64,000 nucleotides of DNA from Macrostomum lignano (taxonomy: Eukaryota), in contig NIVC01000414.1 of assembly GCA_002269645.1 (NCBI GenBank), forward strand, positions 186,001-250,000, read 5' to 3'. Of this stretch, positions 12,301 to 24,160 are shown one piece after another. A program made the translations under genes and the position numbers. The number at the start of each line of letters is the position of its first letter. Within the stretch, counting starts at the first letter, position 1. Below the pieces are notes generated by a model, which was not told where the DNA came from, did no database searches, and saw only the letters and a program-made list of their open reading frames with translations.

Positions 12301-15300
12301 AAATGCGCTACGGACAGTGATGAATAATTCAACGTCACCTTTGCAGCGATGAAGTGAGGTTGTATCAGCATCTCGCTAGTCCTTATTATTTATGTATCTG
12401 CTTGCCCCCCGCCTCCTGCAAAACCTCATCGCATAGTATCGACGGCTGCAGGTCAGGAGATTCTGTCAGCCTCTCGGGGAGCTGCTTCAATTAGAAATAA
12501 ATACCCTAGATGGATCAGCTGAGCAGTTTGAGTCCTGTTGAGTCCGGCTCACTGTGCCATGTTCAAGTGTCTGGCTGTCCTGAGACATCATTGCCGACCT
12601 GTCAACTGCAGGATGTGGACTTCTCAAGCGAGAGGCCTGAGCACAGCTGGTCTACAGGACAGCGTGATGAGAGCAAGAACTAATGGCTTAGTAGCTCATG
12701 CGCACGCTCAGAATTTTGATGAGGCCGGCCCGGGCTGCTGGAGCCAAATCTGTAATCTAGTTGCACTTTTTAGTGGTTGGGACAAGTTTTGACTTGCCGA
12801 CTAACAACAAGATGATGAGTTCTATGAGACTGGCGGGCCAATGTTGCCTCAACTCTAGCTGGACCGTTTTACTGCACTTGATTTCTATATTTAGCACAGG
12901 ACACTCTTGGGCTGAAGATTTATTATTAATCACACGGAATCGACTTTGTTATCTTTTAACATGGGGCTCAGGGTGTCGCTTATCGAGTTTCGCGATACCA
13001 AACTGAAACGGTAAGAGCAGTTATCAAAAGTCTCCAGTACTTACCTGTATCTCAAGCATATGATAGCCGAGAATCAGGCCGACCAGAATCACCGTGGAGA
13101 TGCTGATCAGCGAGCGGAGCACTTTGGAGTAGATGTCCGCCTGCGGGTTATTGAGACATAGGGAAATATAGAGACGGATCATCTTCTCTCTCGTCTCTAA
13201 AAGAGATACTCACTCATGGGCTGAGGGCCTTTTCCGCCTCGCCATCAAAGAGGATGGGGCTTGAAAGGCTCAGGAGACTGAAGATTCGCTAAAGATCTCT
13301 TGCTACGATGAAGGAGAGGCAAAGACCGGGATTGGAATCTCACTGCATTCTGCCAGGGATACTTTCAGTCAAAAGCTGGACGGTGATTAGTAGTTCATCG
13401 GGGGACTCCGGAGGATGAGAAGAGGCCTAACGTTGGCCCCCGAAAACCAGACTTTGGGGCTGCTTAGAAGGATGTCCCATTAGAGACTTTCGCTTCTGTT
13501 TGACTGCCTTTTCTCTGGGCTAATTCACTCTCAGTCACTAATAAATGACCACAAGGCCTTGGGGGGAGCATGATTATAGCTCTTTGCTACTTTTCCATTT
13601 CCCCCAAAGACATTTCAGGTTACTTTCTCTGGAGTTCCATCCAGCCCTAGAGGCCTTGCTAATTTTTGTATAACCAAGAAAATGAGTCAAATATGAATAA
13701 ATTATATGAAGCCGATGACTTCTGTTTGTCGGCACCCAGATTCGATCAAGAGATCACGCAGGCTTTGCAATCCTGTCAAAGGAGTTCTCAGCTAAATATA
13801 GAAGCCCCCAGCAGTGGATTCCGAGAGGAGTAGAGCTCAGAAATCAGAGCAGTAGGAGTTCGCACTGCTGCCGCTTCTCCTCAAAAGCGTTAGTTCTGCC
13901 GCTCTGTGTGTTTATCCAGGGGCTTCAGTCAATAATGGGCTGTGACTTCAGCGGCTCTCAGTAATATCATTGCCATACGCCTTCTTGCCTTTGCTTTGCT
14001 GCTCTCCCCTCCCCATCCCAAAATGCCTGCGCTGCGCGTCGGCTTTATGCATCATTGATGACGAATAATGTTATTAAATCCCATTCCAGAGCTCTCAGAG
14101 GCGGGGAGCCACTTCCTCAGAGAGAGAGAGAGCGCAGTTCCAGTTCTTTGAATTTAGAGAGGCAGTCAGCGTCGTTTATAGTTGATGGCATTAATATAAA
14201 ATAGTGAATTATTGAGCTAACCAGCCTATGCCACCAAACAATGCCCTTGCTCAACTCCCCAGCTGCCCATGCATCTCCAAATGACTCACTTGGCATTGCA
14301 TTGCTCATTTTCCAAAAAAAATTGGAATAATTCAGAAGAGATGAGATATAAGAGGAGGCCGGCTGCTCATGCCACCCCCACCTCCTTTTTTTCGACCGAC
14401 GCCCTCGCATCCATCAAGTGGGGCAGCTCTTATCTGGGTTGCCTCCCGGACTTGAGCCACCGATGGACGTCTTGAAGCTGCTTCATTTACAGAAAAACAT
14501 TCGTTTTTCTGCCTTTATCCTTCCTAGTTCCATCCCCCCTCCTGCCGCTGTCATGTCGGGGCAAAAGAGGGGGGTGCAGTGCGGCTCCAGCCAGCCCAGT
14601 CCCCTTGGGAAATTCTCCCTTCTCTTTCCCAACTCGCTTCTCGCTCCGAAGGAATCTGATTATAGTTTTGCATTTCCTGCTGCATCATTGCGACAGACAG
14701 AGCTGGCTGTGCATTATTTAGCAGCAGGGATGCCCGCTGCTTTGAACCAGTTCAAGAGGAGCGTCGGTTCAGCGAGGCCAGACACTCGACGAATCCTTCA
14801 GATACTGGAATAACGCCCTGGGACCAGTGCCAAATCCCTTGAATAGGTTCTTAGGAAGAATTTAAAGCCTATGGCTTGTATAAATTTTCCCAAGCAAGAT
14901 ATTGAAGTCAGCCAATATGAGTAAAAATTCGTTTTTGAATTCAATTACATTTGCCCTATTGAGTATTAAAATCACTCAAGACTGTACCCAAGGCCTCTGT
15001 GCTGCTCCAATGGGATCTTCTGTGGCACGCTTAAATCTCTGTAAAGTCCCTCCTAGGGTGGAATCGAACCGTCATAGGGTGGCCGCTAATCCCTAATCTC
15101 AGTCAGATAGCCCCCAGAGCACGTGAGTCTCAGAACGCAAAAGCGAGGCTCGGAGGTTGGGTAATTTGATAAAAAGTCGGCTGCACAGCCACGGCTGCGT
15201 AGGAACTGCCTAGTGGTGGGGGGCTATTTTGATACGGGCAGAGAGAAGTCTCAGATTTCTCTGCTCAACGGAATTGAGACAGAGGGTTAGACAGCCAGAG

Positions 15301-17389
15301 AAGAGAGAGAAGAGAGAGAAGGGGAGAAGCAATCAGCGAATTGGCCCGGGGGATCCGAGGGTTAAGCATTTCGCCTTTCCCAGAAAGCGAGCTGACTGCC
15401 ATCAGCTCGATCGGCCCCCACCCCTGCCACCCCTCAGCCCGGCAGTTCCATAAATCATGAATAGCTCTGGCGTTCTTGACGTTCGGAGTGAAGCCGGGAT
15501 TACTCAACTCCGTTAAGATAATTAGGCCTATTGTACTTTTGGACCACAGTCTGCGGCTAGCAGTGCTGTCTATCTCTGTAGAATGATCGATCGCTTTTAA
15601 TTTCTCTGCCCCCCAATGTACACTGAAGGCGCGGCCTCAAAGTGGGTTTTGAAGATTATGAGTCAGTAAGTGAGCCTACACTGTACGAAGAGGTTACAGT
15701 GTCTGCCTGCACACACTGCCAGTGTGTTTTCGAAATCACATCATTCTTCCAAATCATCCAAAGGCCAACCCTCAAGGGTGTACATCAGAGAGTGTACATG
15801 AGAGAGTGTACATGAGAGAGTGTACATCAGAGAGTGTACATGAGAGAGTGTACATCAGAGAGTGTACATCAGAGAGTGTACATCAGAGAGTGTACATGAG
15901 AGAGTGTACATCAGAGAGTGTACATCAGAGAGTGTACATCAGAGAGTGTACATGAGAGAGTGTACATCAGAGAGTGTACATCAGAGAGTGTACATGAGAG
16001 AGTGTACATCAGAGAGTGTACATCAGAGAGTGCACATCAGAGAGTGTACATCAGAGAGTGTACATCAGAGAGTGTACATCAGAGAGTGTACATCAGAGAG
16101 TGTACATCAGAGAGTGTACATCAGAGAGTGTACATCAGAGAGTGTACATCAGAGAGTGTACATCAGAGAGTGTACATCAGAGAGTGTACATCAGAGAGTG
16201 TACATCAGAGAGTGTACATCAGAGAGTGTACATCAGAGAGTGTACATCAGTGAGTGTACATCATGCTTGGCGATTAGAAATTCAAAGAAGCCCCCTGTAC
16301 AACCTTGTTGACTGTACAGGAGGTCGACTGTCGACTGTACGGCAGCGCTGCAAGCCCCCCCCCCCTCAATAGGCATTAAGAGACCAAATGCAATCACAAA
16401 TGAACTAAAAGACAAACCTTGGTGTACTGCTTGGCCATGGTGAGCTCAGTCTCAATAATCATGATGACGATGCCGAACATGCCGAATGCCAGGGCGTAGT
16501 CGGACAGTCGCTTCCGCTTCTCGTACAGCTGCCGTCGCCGGCCCAGTCTGTAGCCAACGTTGCGGCTGTGGCTGGGTGACTGGCTCATCCCGGTAGTCGC
16601 GTCGCCCTGCAGGTAGTCATTCCCAGCGGCGTGGCCAATCAGCGAAGCGCCAGCATCGGGATCTGGCTGCAGCTGCTGTGACTGCTGCGATGCCTGCTGC
16701 TGCAGCAGGTGCTGCGACTGGTGCGACGTTGATGACTGATGCTGCAGCTGCTGCTGCTGCGGCTGCTTGGTGCGGCTGTCCTCCTCGCATGAGGAGCCTC
16801 GGCTGGACAGCGCCTGGACTCTCTTTAGCTGCCTGAAGCCCGAGATGGCGCCGTTGACTCGCATAAAGTCAGCGCCGACGTCTGTCAGGCCGCTGCGACT
16901 GCGAGAGGCGTCCGAGGAGCGCTCGGTCCGCCTGGCGCAGCAGTGGTGGTGATGATGATGGTGGTGGTGATGATGCTCCCCAGCACCAGTCTCGTTGATC
17001 ATTGTGTCGCTGTGCCTTCGGTGACCCATCAGGGCGTCGTCCTCTTCCAGTCGGTCGCCGGGCTTGATGGAGCTGCACTCGGCAGTGACACTGCGCTGAC
17101 GCGGCGTCCGAGTCAGAGCTCCGAGTCGCTGCTGCTGGTGCCGGTACTGGCGGAGATCGCCCGAGGAGGAGATCGGCACCCCGGGAGCGCCTTCGCCGCC
17201 ACCGGCAATGATGACGCCCCCGCTGCCCGCCCTGTTGGCAGCCGAGGCAGCGACTCCCCCTGTTCCACTGGCGGCTGCTGCTGCAGCGGCGGCGCCCCGA
17301 TCGAAGGACATCGCAGCCGTGAGCTCGGCTCCGCCCAGGTAGGAGAAATCGTGCGCTTCAGTTGGATTCTCCTCCAGCAATACTTCCAT
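203..17389 (-). CDS. KCNN: Small-conductance Ca2+-activated K+ channel (SK/KCNN family), spliced gene; 3' end lies outside the window
   Basis: Exons 17389-16418, 13140-13045, 11097-10679, 10265-10130, 6864-6754, 5626-5499, 5052-4983 and 304-203 all have GT..AG junctions with compatible phases (678 aa in window). Motifs: [16 protein letters not shown] (S1), [19 protein letters not shown] (S4-S5), [22 protein letters not shown] (pore), [19 protein letters not shown] and [18 protein letters not shown] (CaM-binding domain), DLAK|TQ. Confidence 0.97.
503..2045. repeat. 62-bp minisatellite, ~25 copies (SK intron)
   Basis: Unit GTGGATGTACATTGTTGGGGTTTGTGGGGGAGTGGCCAGTATCTGCTGTTTCGCTTTGCTGA. Confidence 0.97.
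4983..5052 (-). CDS. KCNN: SK channel exon (CaMBD end)
   Basis: [23 protein letters not shown]; GTGAGT donor. Confidence 0.95.
5499..5626 (-). CDS. KCNN: SK channel exon (CaMBD)
   Basis: [42 protein letters not shown]; GTGAGT donor. Confidence 0.96.
5712..6306. mobile_element. hAT (Charlie/MER58-like) MITE with internal purine-repeat expansion
   Basis: TIRs CAGGGGTCGGCAA / TTGCCCACCCCTG; subterminal GCGGGCCGGA at both ends; degenerate 8-bp TSD CTATGCGG / CTCTACGG (6/8). Confidence 0.8.
5790..6182. repeat. Polypurine (GAGAG-type) low-complexity repeat inside the hAT MITE
   Basis: Almost pure A/G strand with recurring AGAGAGTAGAAGAGAGAGGAGAGGAGAGAGGAAA. Confidence 0.95.
6754..6864 (-). CDS. 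KCNN: SK channel exon (S6 end / CaMBD start)
   Basis: [37 protein letters not shown]; GTGAGG donor. Confidence 0.96.
10130..10265 (-). CDS. KCNN: SK channel exon (pore loop, GYG filter, start of S6)
   Basis: [45 protein letters not shown]; GTAAGT donor. Confidence 0.97.
10679..11097 (-). CDS. KCNN: SK channel exon (S3-S5)
   Basis: [14 protein letters not shown]...[12 protein letters not shown]; TTTCAG acceptor, AG|GTTCGA donor. Confidence 0.95.
11190..11520 (-). mobile_element. tRNA-derived SINE family 1, copy A (SK intron; internal deletion)
   Basis: Shares GGCGAGAGGCATT...CACACAAGCGCGCGGATACGTACGCAG...CTTGGAATC with copies B and C. Confidence 0.88.
13045..13140 (-). CDS. KCNN: SK channel exon (S2): [32 protein letters not shown]
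   Basis: Read manually; CAG acceptor, GTAAGT donor, 96 nt, phase 0/0. Confidence 0.95.
15778..16262. repeat. 14-bp minisatellite GAGTGTACATCAGA, ~35 copies
   Basis: Direct reading of the sequence. Confidence 0.97.
16418..17389 (-). CDS. KCNN: SK channel exon: long low-complexity N-terminus plus S1
   Basis: ORF 16394..17389; donor AAG|GTTTGT at 16417. The true start may lie further upstream (see findings). Confidence 0.9.
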
Positions 17390-18999
17390 GGAAGCCGACT
17401 TGCCGGCCGTGCGTTGCTGCGCTCTGGGCCGGATCAGGCGGCACTTGCATTGGCAGCAGGTGCAGCCGCGGCACTGCTTGGATGCGGCTGCTTGGCTCCG
17501 GATCGACTGTCTGAGACTCGACTGCGGCGGCGGCAGCGACGGCGGCGGCGGCAGCTGCGGCGGTACTGCGGGCGGAAGGCGAACCTCTGGCAGAATGTGC
17601 TGCGGCGGCTGCTGCTGTACAATGACCAGGGGCGCCAGTTTTATCTGCCTGCGCGGCAGCGTCTCCTCCTCGCCAGTTTGCTGCTGCTGCTGCTGCGGCG
17701 GTGGCGGCGGCGTTAGCAGATTGGCGGGCCCGGGGCCGTGCCGGGCCAGAGGGCTGACATGTGCGTGGGTTGGCTGACTGGCTCACTGGCTGAGGGTCTG
17801 CAGATCGCTGGATAGGCATAGAGGGGTAGAGAATTGAAAGCAGAGTTCATGCTCATCGTATCCCAGCCAAGGACTACTACTCCTAGGTTTAGGATTAAGG
17901 GTATCTGGACGCGAAGAAGAACGCTGACGAAACGCTTTCTTTTGACGAAAGAACGCGTTTCGTCAAACCCGACGCCTTTAGGGCTTAATTCTCCACTCTC
18001 CACCAGTCGGTTTCAGTCTTGATTTAAAATTTTTTTATTCTCAAAGCTTGCTTCAAACCCATCAACAACTTTGAACAATTTATAAATTGGTTCACGGGTC
18101 ATGTGGTCACGAAATTCTATAAAAATGGTTTTGAAACGAGTCCTTTAAAATTCAGAATTAAGCTTGTAAGAGGTGTCAAGAAAATTTCAATTATTATTTC
18201 CAGTCCAAGTTGTGCTTTGCCGAGCTCCCTGGCTTCTGAGTAAAATGCAGTTATGCCATTTATTTTTGCATCGTTAAGTCCCAATTTTCGTCAGAAGCCA
18301 GGGAAAAAACAAGAGAAAAAACAATTGGGATTATTTTCAGAGCGATAGGGATGGCCTGACACAGCCTGACAGATGCATCTCTGAGCATAGGAAATTGGGG
18401 AACATTTCCAAAATAACAGCCGCCTTTCCTCTGCTCAGAGGGTCTCTCAATTCAGCTCAATTTGCTTTTTATCTCAGCAGCCAGCAGTTCAGCTGTCTTG
18501 TCAACCACTCCAGCAGATATTTGATTTGCCCCAACCCAAGGCCAATGCCAGGTACAAAAATTAATTAATGCACTCGACAACTGGCCTGCAGGAGGGAGAG
18601 AGACAGGCGCACTCAAACCAAAACGTTTGCAAGCATAATCCCAAACTGCCGAGGCAATAAAGCCTTCAATCTGAGCACTTATTTGATCAGGGGCCTGCTG
18701 TGTGCTTTGATAGCGCGTGAGTTCTGGGCAATAAATCGTGACCTGTCTGTTTCTGGCAAACATGCAGAATGAGTGAGATAGGGAGAAATAGGGGGTTCTG
18801 TAAGCCACAGTTTTACCAAAACATTTTGCGAATTTTTCTCGTTCTATATAATCTAATTGCACTACTACTGTATCAATTTCAGTAGTATCGGATGATTGTA
18901 GGCTGTTTTTTTATATTTTAACTTCAGAAACTTGCTTCGATGAAATGGCAAAAATTTATAAAAGTAAGTGTTTTAGAGGCTTTTGTCCTGAGTTTGGTT

Positions 19000-20460
19000 G
19001 CCCCTGAGTTGGGTGTCCTTATCCTGAGTTGGGTGTCCTTATCCTGAATTGGGTGTCCTTATCCTGAGTTGGGTGTCCTTATCCTGAATTGGGTGTCCTT
19101 ATCCTGAGTTGGGTGTCCTTATCCTGAATTGGGTGTCCTTATCCTGAGTTGGGTGTCCTTATCCTGAGTTTGGTGTCCTTATCCTGAGTTGAGTGTCCTT
19201 ATCCTGAGTTGGGTGTCCTTATCCTGAATTGGGTGTCCTTATCCTGAATTTGGGTGTCCTTATCCTGAATTTGGGTGTCCTTATCCTGATTTGGGTGTCC
19301 TTATCCTGATTTGGGTGTCCTTATCCTGAGTTGGATGTCCTTATCCTGAGTTGGGTGTCCTTATCCTGAGTTGGATGTCCTTATCCTGAGTTGGGTGTCC
19401 TTATCCTGAGTTGGATGTCCTTATCCTGAGTTGGGTGTCCTTATCCTGAGTTGGATGTCCTTATCCTGATTTGGGTGTCCTTATCCTGATTTGGGTGTCC
19501 TTATCCTGAGTTGGGTGTCCTTATCCTGAATTTGGGTGTCCTTATCCTGAGTTGGGTGTCCTTATCCTGATTTGGGTGTCCTTATCCTGATTTGGGTGTC
19601 CTTATCCTGAGTTGGGTGTCCTTATCCTGAGTTGGATGTCCTTATCCTGATTTGGGTGTCCTTATCCTGAGTTGGGTGTCCTTATCCTGAATTTGGGTGT
19701 CCTTATCCTGAGTTGGGTGTCCTTATCCTGATTTGGGTGTCCTTATCCTGATTTGGGTGTCCTTATCCTGAGTTGGGTGTCCTTATCCTGAGTTGGGTGT
19801 CCTTATCCTGACTTGGGTGTCCTTATCCTGAGTTGGGTGTCCTTATCCTGATTTGGGTGTCCTTATCCTGAGTTGGGTGTCCTTATCCTGAGTTGGGTGT
19901 CCTTATCCTGATTTGAGTGTCCTTATCCTGATTTGGGTGTCCTTATCCTGATTTGGGTGTCCTTATCCTGATCTGGGTGTCCTTATCCTGAGTTGGGTGT
20001 CCTTATCCTGATTTGGGTGTCCTTATCCTGATTTGGGTGTCCTTATCCTGACTTGGGTGTCCTTATCCTGATTTGGGTGTCCTTATCCTGAGTTGGGTGT
20101 CCTTATCCTGACTTAGGTGTCCTTATCCTGAGTTGGGTGTCCTTATCCTGAGTTGGGTGTCCCTTCCCTGAGTTGGTTGTGCTTATCCTGAGTTGGGTAT
20201 CCTTATCCTGAGTTGGGTGTCCCTGAGTTGGATGTCTCTGAATTGGGTGTCCCTGATTTCCGTGAGTTGGGTGCCCCTGATTTGGGTGTCCCTGACTTGG
20301 GTGTCCCTGACTTGGGTGTCCCTGACTTGGGTGTCCCTGACTTGGGTGTCCCTGACTTGGGTTTCCCTGACTTGGGTGTCCCTGACTTGTGTGTCCCTGA
20401 CTTGTGTGTCCCTGACTTGTGTGTCCCTGAGTTGGGTAATTCCTGAGTTTGGTGTCCCTG
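19000..20460. repeat. 20-bp minisatellite CTTATCCTGAGTTGGGTGTC grading into 15-bp CCTGACTTGGGTGTC
   Basis: Direct reading; unit switch near 20215-20270. Confidence 0.97.
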
Positions 20461-20961
20461 AGTCCTTGTGTGCCAGTTCAGCACGCATCCAATGCAGACT
20501 GGAGGCTCTCTGCAGCTGCCCTGAAAGCTAAAGCTAATTCTGTATTTCATATTTCATATTTCATATCATCCCGAGTATTCTACGGCTGCTGCTGCTGCTG
20601 CAGACAACTGGAGAAAGTCTCTCCTGATCAAAAGCCGCTCTCTAGGGACAGACAGACTCAGAGCCAGACACGAAAATGCCAAGGACAGGAGACTACGACA
20701 TGTGAGCATCATGCGGTTGCTGGGGCTGACAAAGCCAGTGTACTTTTCCAGTACTCTTTCTCTTTCGAATTGTAGCACAGAACTTTACCACCAAGCCAAA
20801 ATATGGGGGAAACCTTGCGTCCTGCGATTTTTCAGATAGTCTACAGATAGTCCTGTCGAAAATTCTAAACCATGGACCTTTTTAATAATACCGATGGATT
20901 GGTGGCTTCAGTTTTAGCTTTCGGGAGTAGCAACTTCCAGAATGAAGTTGTTTTCTTGTCG

Positions 20962-21278
20962 AATAATAATAATAATAATTGATAACGCTTGCCCCAATTG
21001 GGTCAGAGGTGCAACCGACAGCTCAGCCGCAGCTATTGCGCGGCGCATCTGAAGGCTGCGTACGGCTGTTCAGTCAAAGGACTGGAGGGGGGGAGGGTCG
21101 CCACACACACCCTCAATTACCCCAGCTAATGCTGGCACCCATTTTACAGCTGGGTGAACTGAAGCAATGCAGAGTTGAGTGAGTGCCTTGCTCAAGGACA
21201 CAAATTGTTCCAGTGGGATCGGGAATCGAACCCCCGACTTTCAAGTCTTGAGTCCGACGCTTTAGTCCACTAGGCTTC
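20962..21278 (-). mobile_element. tRNA-derived SINE family 2 with CORE-like central domain and (ATT)n tail
   Basis: Minus strand: GCCTAGTGG (A box), GGTTCGATTCCC (B box), TGTGTCCTTGAGCAAGGCACT...CCCAGCTGTAAAATGGG (CORE/V-like), (ATT)6 tail. Confidence 0.82.
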
Positions 21279-21900
21279 TTCTGGTTGAGGAACTACGGGT
21301 AACCCAGTTTTATTGCGAAATTAAGTTTATCTAATAATGATTATGTTTTAATATAGTCGCAGAATATTAACTTTTATCGTTGTAAAATGTTCAAGCTTTT
21401 GAATTTTGATTTTGTGTAAATATATTCACATCAATAGGCGACACAGAATAGACCTGACCTTACGAAAGAATTACCATACGAGTAATTCTGGTGCTCTAAT
21501 TTGAAAATCTTTGTCATGGGCCACTGCGCAGCACCACACTGGATTAGACAAATTTACAAAGGTAAGGACTAGCCAGGGGATTATAATTAACCATCCCATA
21601 CGGAAGTTTGTTTTTCCCCATTCCCATTTTCCTCTGGAATCTCCGACTGCTCAATCTCATGCCTACTACTCGAATTCAGCTCGAGCCAGAGTCTAAGCCC
21701 TGAGCACGAAGCTCGAATTTCGTTGCCCCGATGTAGCGGCTTTTTTACACTTAATTACAACCCTTGGCTCACTGAAGACCCGTAATTATGAGAGCTTGTG
21801 GGTATTTTGCTGCCAGACACAGGTAGCAGCGGACAGTAGGGCTAATGGAGCATGCAGTTGATGAATTGATTAGCCTTGTTTATCAAGGTGGAGTAGGTTA

Positions 21901-22752
21901 GGTGTATATCAGTCGGTTCAGTTTGTCAGGTGTACATCAGGTGATGCAGTGTGTCAGGTGTACATCAGGTGGTGCAGTGTGTCAGGTGTATATCAGTCGG
22001 TGCAGTTTGCTAGGTGTACATCACGTGATGCAATATGTCAGGTGTACATCAGGTGATGCAGTATGTCAGGTGTACATCGGGTGATGCAGTGTGTCGGGTG
22101 TACATCAGGTTGTACAGTGTGTCGGGTGTACATCAGGTGATGCAGTGTGTCAGGTGTACATCAGGTGATGCAGTGTGTCAGGTGTACATCAGGTTGTACA
22201 GTGTGTCGGGTGTACATCAGGTGATGCAGTATGTCAGGTGTACATCAGGTGATGCAGTGTGTCAGGTGTACATCAGGTTGTACAGTGTGTCAGGTGTACA
22301 TCAGGTGATGCAGTGTGTCAGGTGTACATCAGGCGATGCAGTGTGTCAGGTGTACATCAGGTTGTACAGTGTGTCGGGTGTACATCAGGTGATGCAGTGT
22401 GTCAGGTGTACATCAGGTTGTACAGTGTGTCGGGTGTACATCAGGTGATGCAGTATGTCAGGTGTACATCAGGTGATGCAGCATGTCAGGTGTACATCAG
22501 GTGATGCAGTGTGTCAGGTGTACATCAGGTTGTACAGTGTGTCAGGTGTACATCAGGTTGTACAGTGTGTCAGGTGTACATCAGGTTGTACAGTGTGTCA
22601 GGTGTACATCAGGTTGTACAGTGTGTCAGGTGTACATCAGGTTGTACAGTGTGTCAGGTGTACATCAGGTTGTACAGTGTGTCAGGTGTACATCAGGTTG
22701 TACAGTGTGTCAGGTGTACATCAGGTTGTACAGTGTGTCGGGTGTACATCAT
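21901..22752. repeat. 28-bp minisatellite GTGTACATCAGGTGATGCAGTGTGTCAG (variant ...GGTTGTACAG...)
   Basis: Direct reading of the sequence. Confidence 0.96.
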
Positions 22753-23347
22753 GTACATCATGTTTTCGAAACTCAACTTTGAGAAAAATCGAGTCTGCTA
22801 GTCTAAGGAAGCAAGCAAAGCATTTTTTCTTCATAGCCGAATAAAGATGCCCTCCGGGGGGGGGGGTTTCAGGCTAATCTGCTGCAACTGGAGTCAGCTG
22901 CCGGCGCCCCATTAGTCTGATTGCCCGAGAAAAAGCAGACAGACGCGGGCGCAGCAAGTCAGGAGCAGGGATCATAGGGTTTGGGGTGGCTGCCCCAGCC
23001 TCCTACGGGGAGGCATTTGAGTCGGAGCCTTCGAGCACAAGAGGGGAGCAGCAGATCAGAAAAGAAACCCGAAAAAAATACTTTCTGCAGAGCACAAAAA
23101 AGCAAAGTGTCATTTTACTTTCGTGCGATGGAAAAGGGGGGGAGTTTTAGGCTGCTTAGGCTAATCTTTCAGGTAGGAGTAGAGCTGGAGAATGGCACAG
23201 ATGGCGAACTGGGCTGGGCTGAGGGCTCATCATCATCATCTCACAGGGATGCAGCTCAATTTTCAGTAATTTGGGCCCGCATGTGCCACCCGAGACTCGG
23301 AATGACACTGGGGGCTCGGGGACTGCAGTCTGCCATGGGCCACAGCA

Positions 23348-24160
23348 TCTACCTTTATACCTCTACTTCTCTACATCTCTACCTCTCTACTTCTCTACCT
23401 CTCTACTTCTCTACATCTCTACCTCTCTACTTCTCTACCTCTCTACTTCTCTACCTCGACTCTCTACTTTTCTACCACTCTACCTCCCTACCTCTCTACC
23501 TCTCTACCTCTCTACCTCTCTACCTCTCTACCTTTTTACCTCTCTACTTCTCTACCACTCTACCTCTCTACTTCTCTACTTCTCTACCTCTCTACCTCTC
23601 TACTTCTCTACCTCTCTACTTCTCTACTTCTCTACCTCTCTACCTCTCTACTTCTCTACCTCTCTACTTCTCTACCTCTCTACTTCTCTACCTCTCTACT
23701 TCTCTACCTCTCTACTTCTCTATCTCTCTACCTCTCTACTTCTCTACCTCTCTACCTCTCTACTTCTCTACCACTCTACCTCCCTACCTCTCTACTTCTC
23801 TACCACTCTACCTCCCTACCTCTCTACTTCTCTATCTCTCTACCTCTCTACTTCTCTACCTCTCTACCTCTCTACTTCTCTACCACTCTACCTCCCTACC
23901 TCTCTACTTCTCTACCACTCTACTTCTCTACCTCTCTACCACTCTACCTCTCTATCTCTCTACCTCTCTACTTCTCTACCACTCTACCTCCCTACCTCTC
24001 TACTTCTCTACTTCTCTACTTCTCTACCACTCCACCACTCTACTTCTTTACCCCTCTACCTCCCTAACTCTCTGCCTCTCTGCCTCTGTAACTCTAGATC
24101 TCTACTTTTTACCTCTCTACCTATTCACCCTGTACCTCTCTAATGTAATCTCTATCTCTA
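23348..24160. repeat. CT-rich low-complexity repeat (CTCTAC/TACTT units)
   Basis: Direct reading; explains the LSTSLPLY pseudo-ORFs. Confidence 0.95.

Noticed and set aside
14418-14813. 131-aa plus-strand ORF and other 60-130-aa ORFs in SK introns
   Set aside because: No recognisable motifs or exon context; expected by chance at this GC content.
15058-15072. Isolated GGAATCGAACC (reverse B box)
   Set aside because: No A box or SINE body recognisable around it.
21205-21278. tRNA gene
   Set aside because: The A/B boxes are followed by a SINE body and tail, and no full cloverleaf is evident. The same applies to the heads at ~30.4 and ~58.5 kb.
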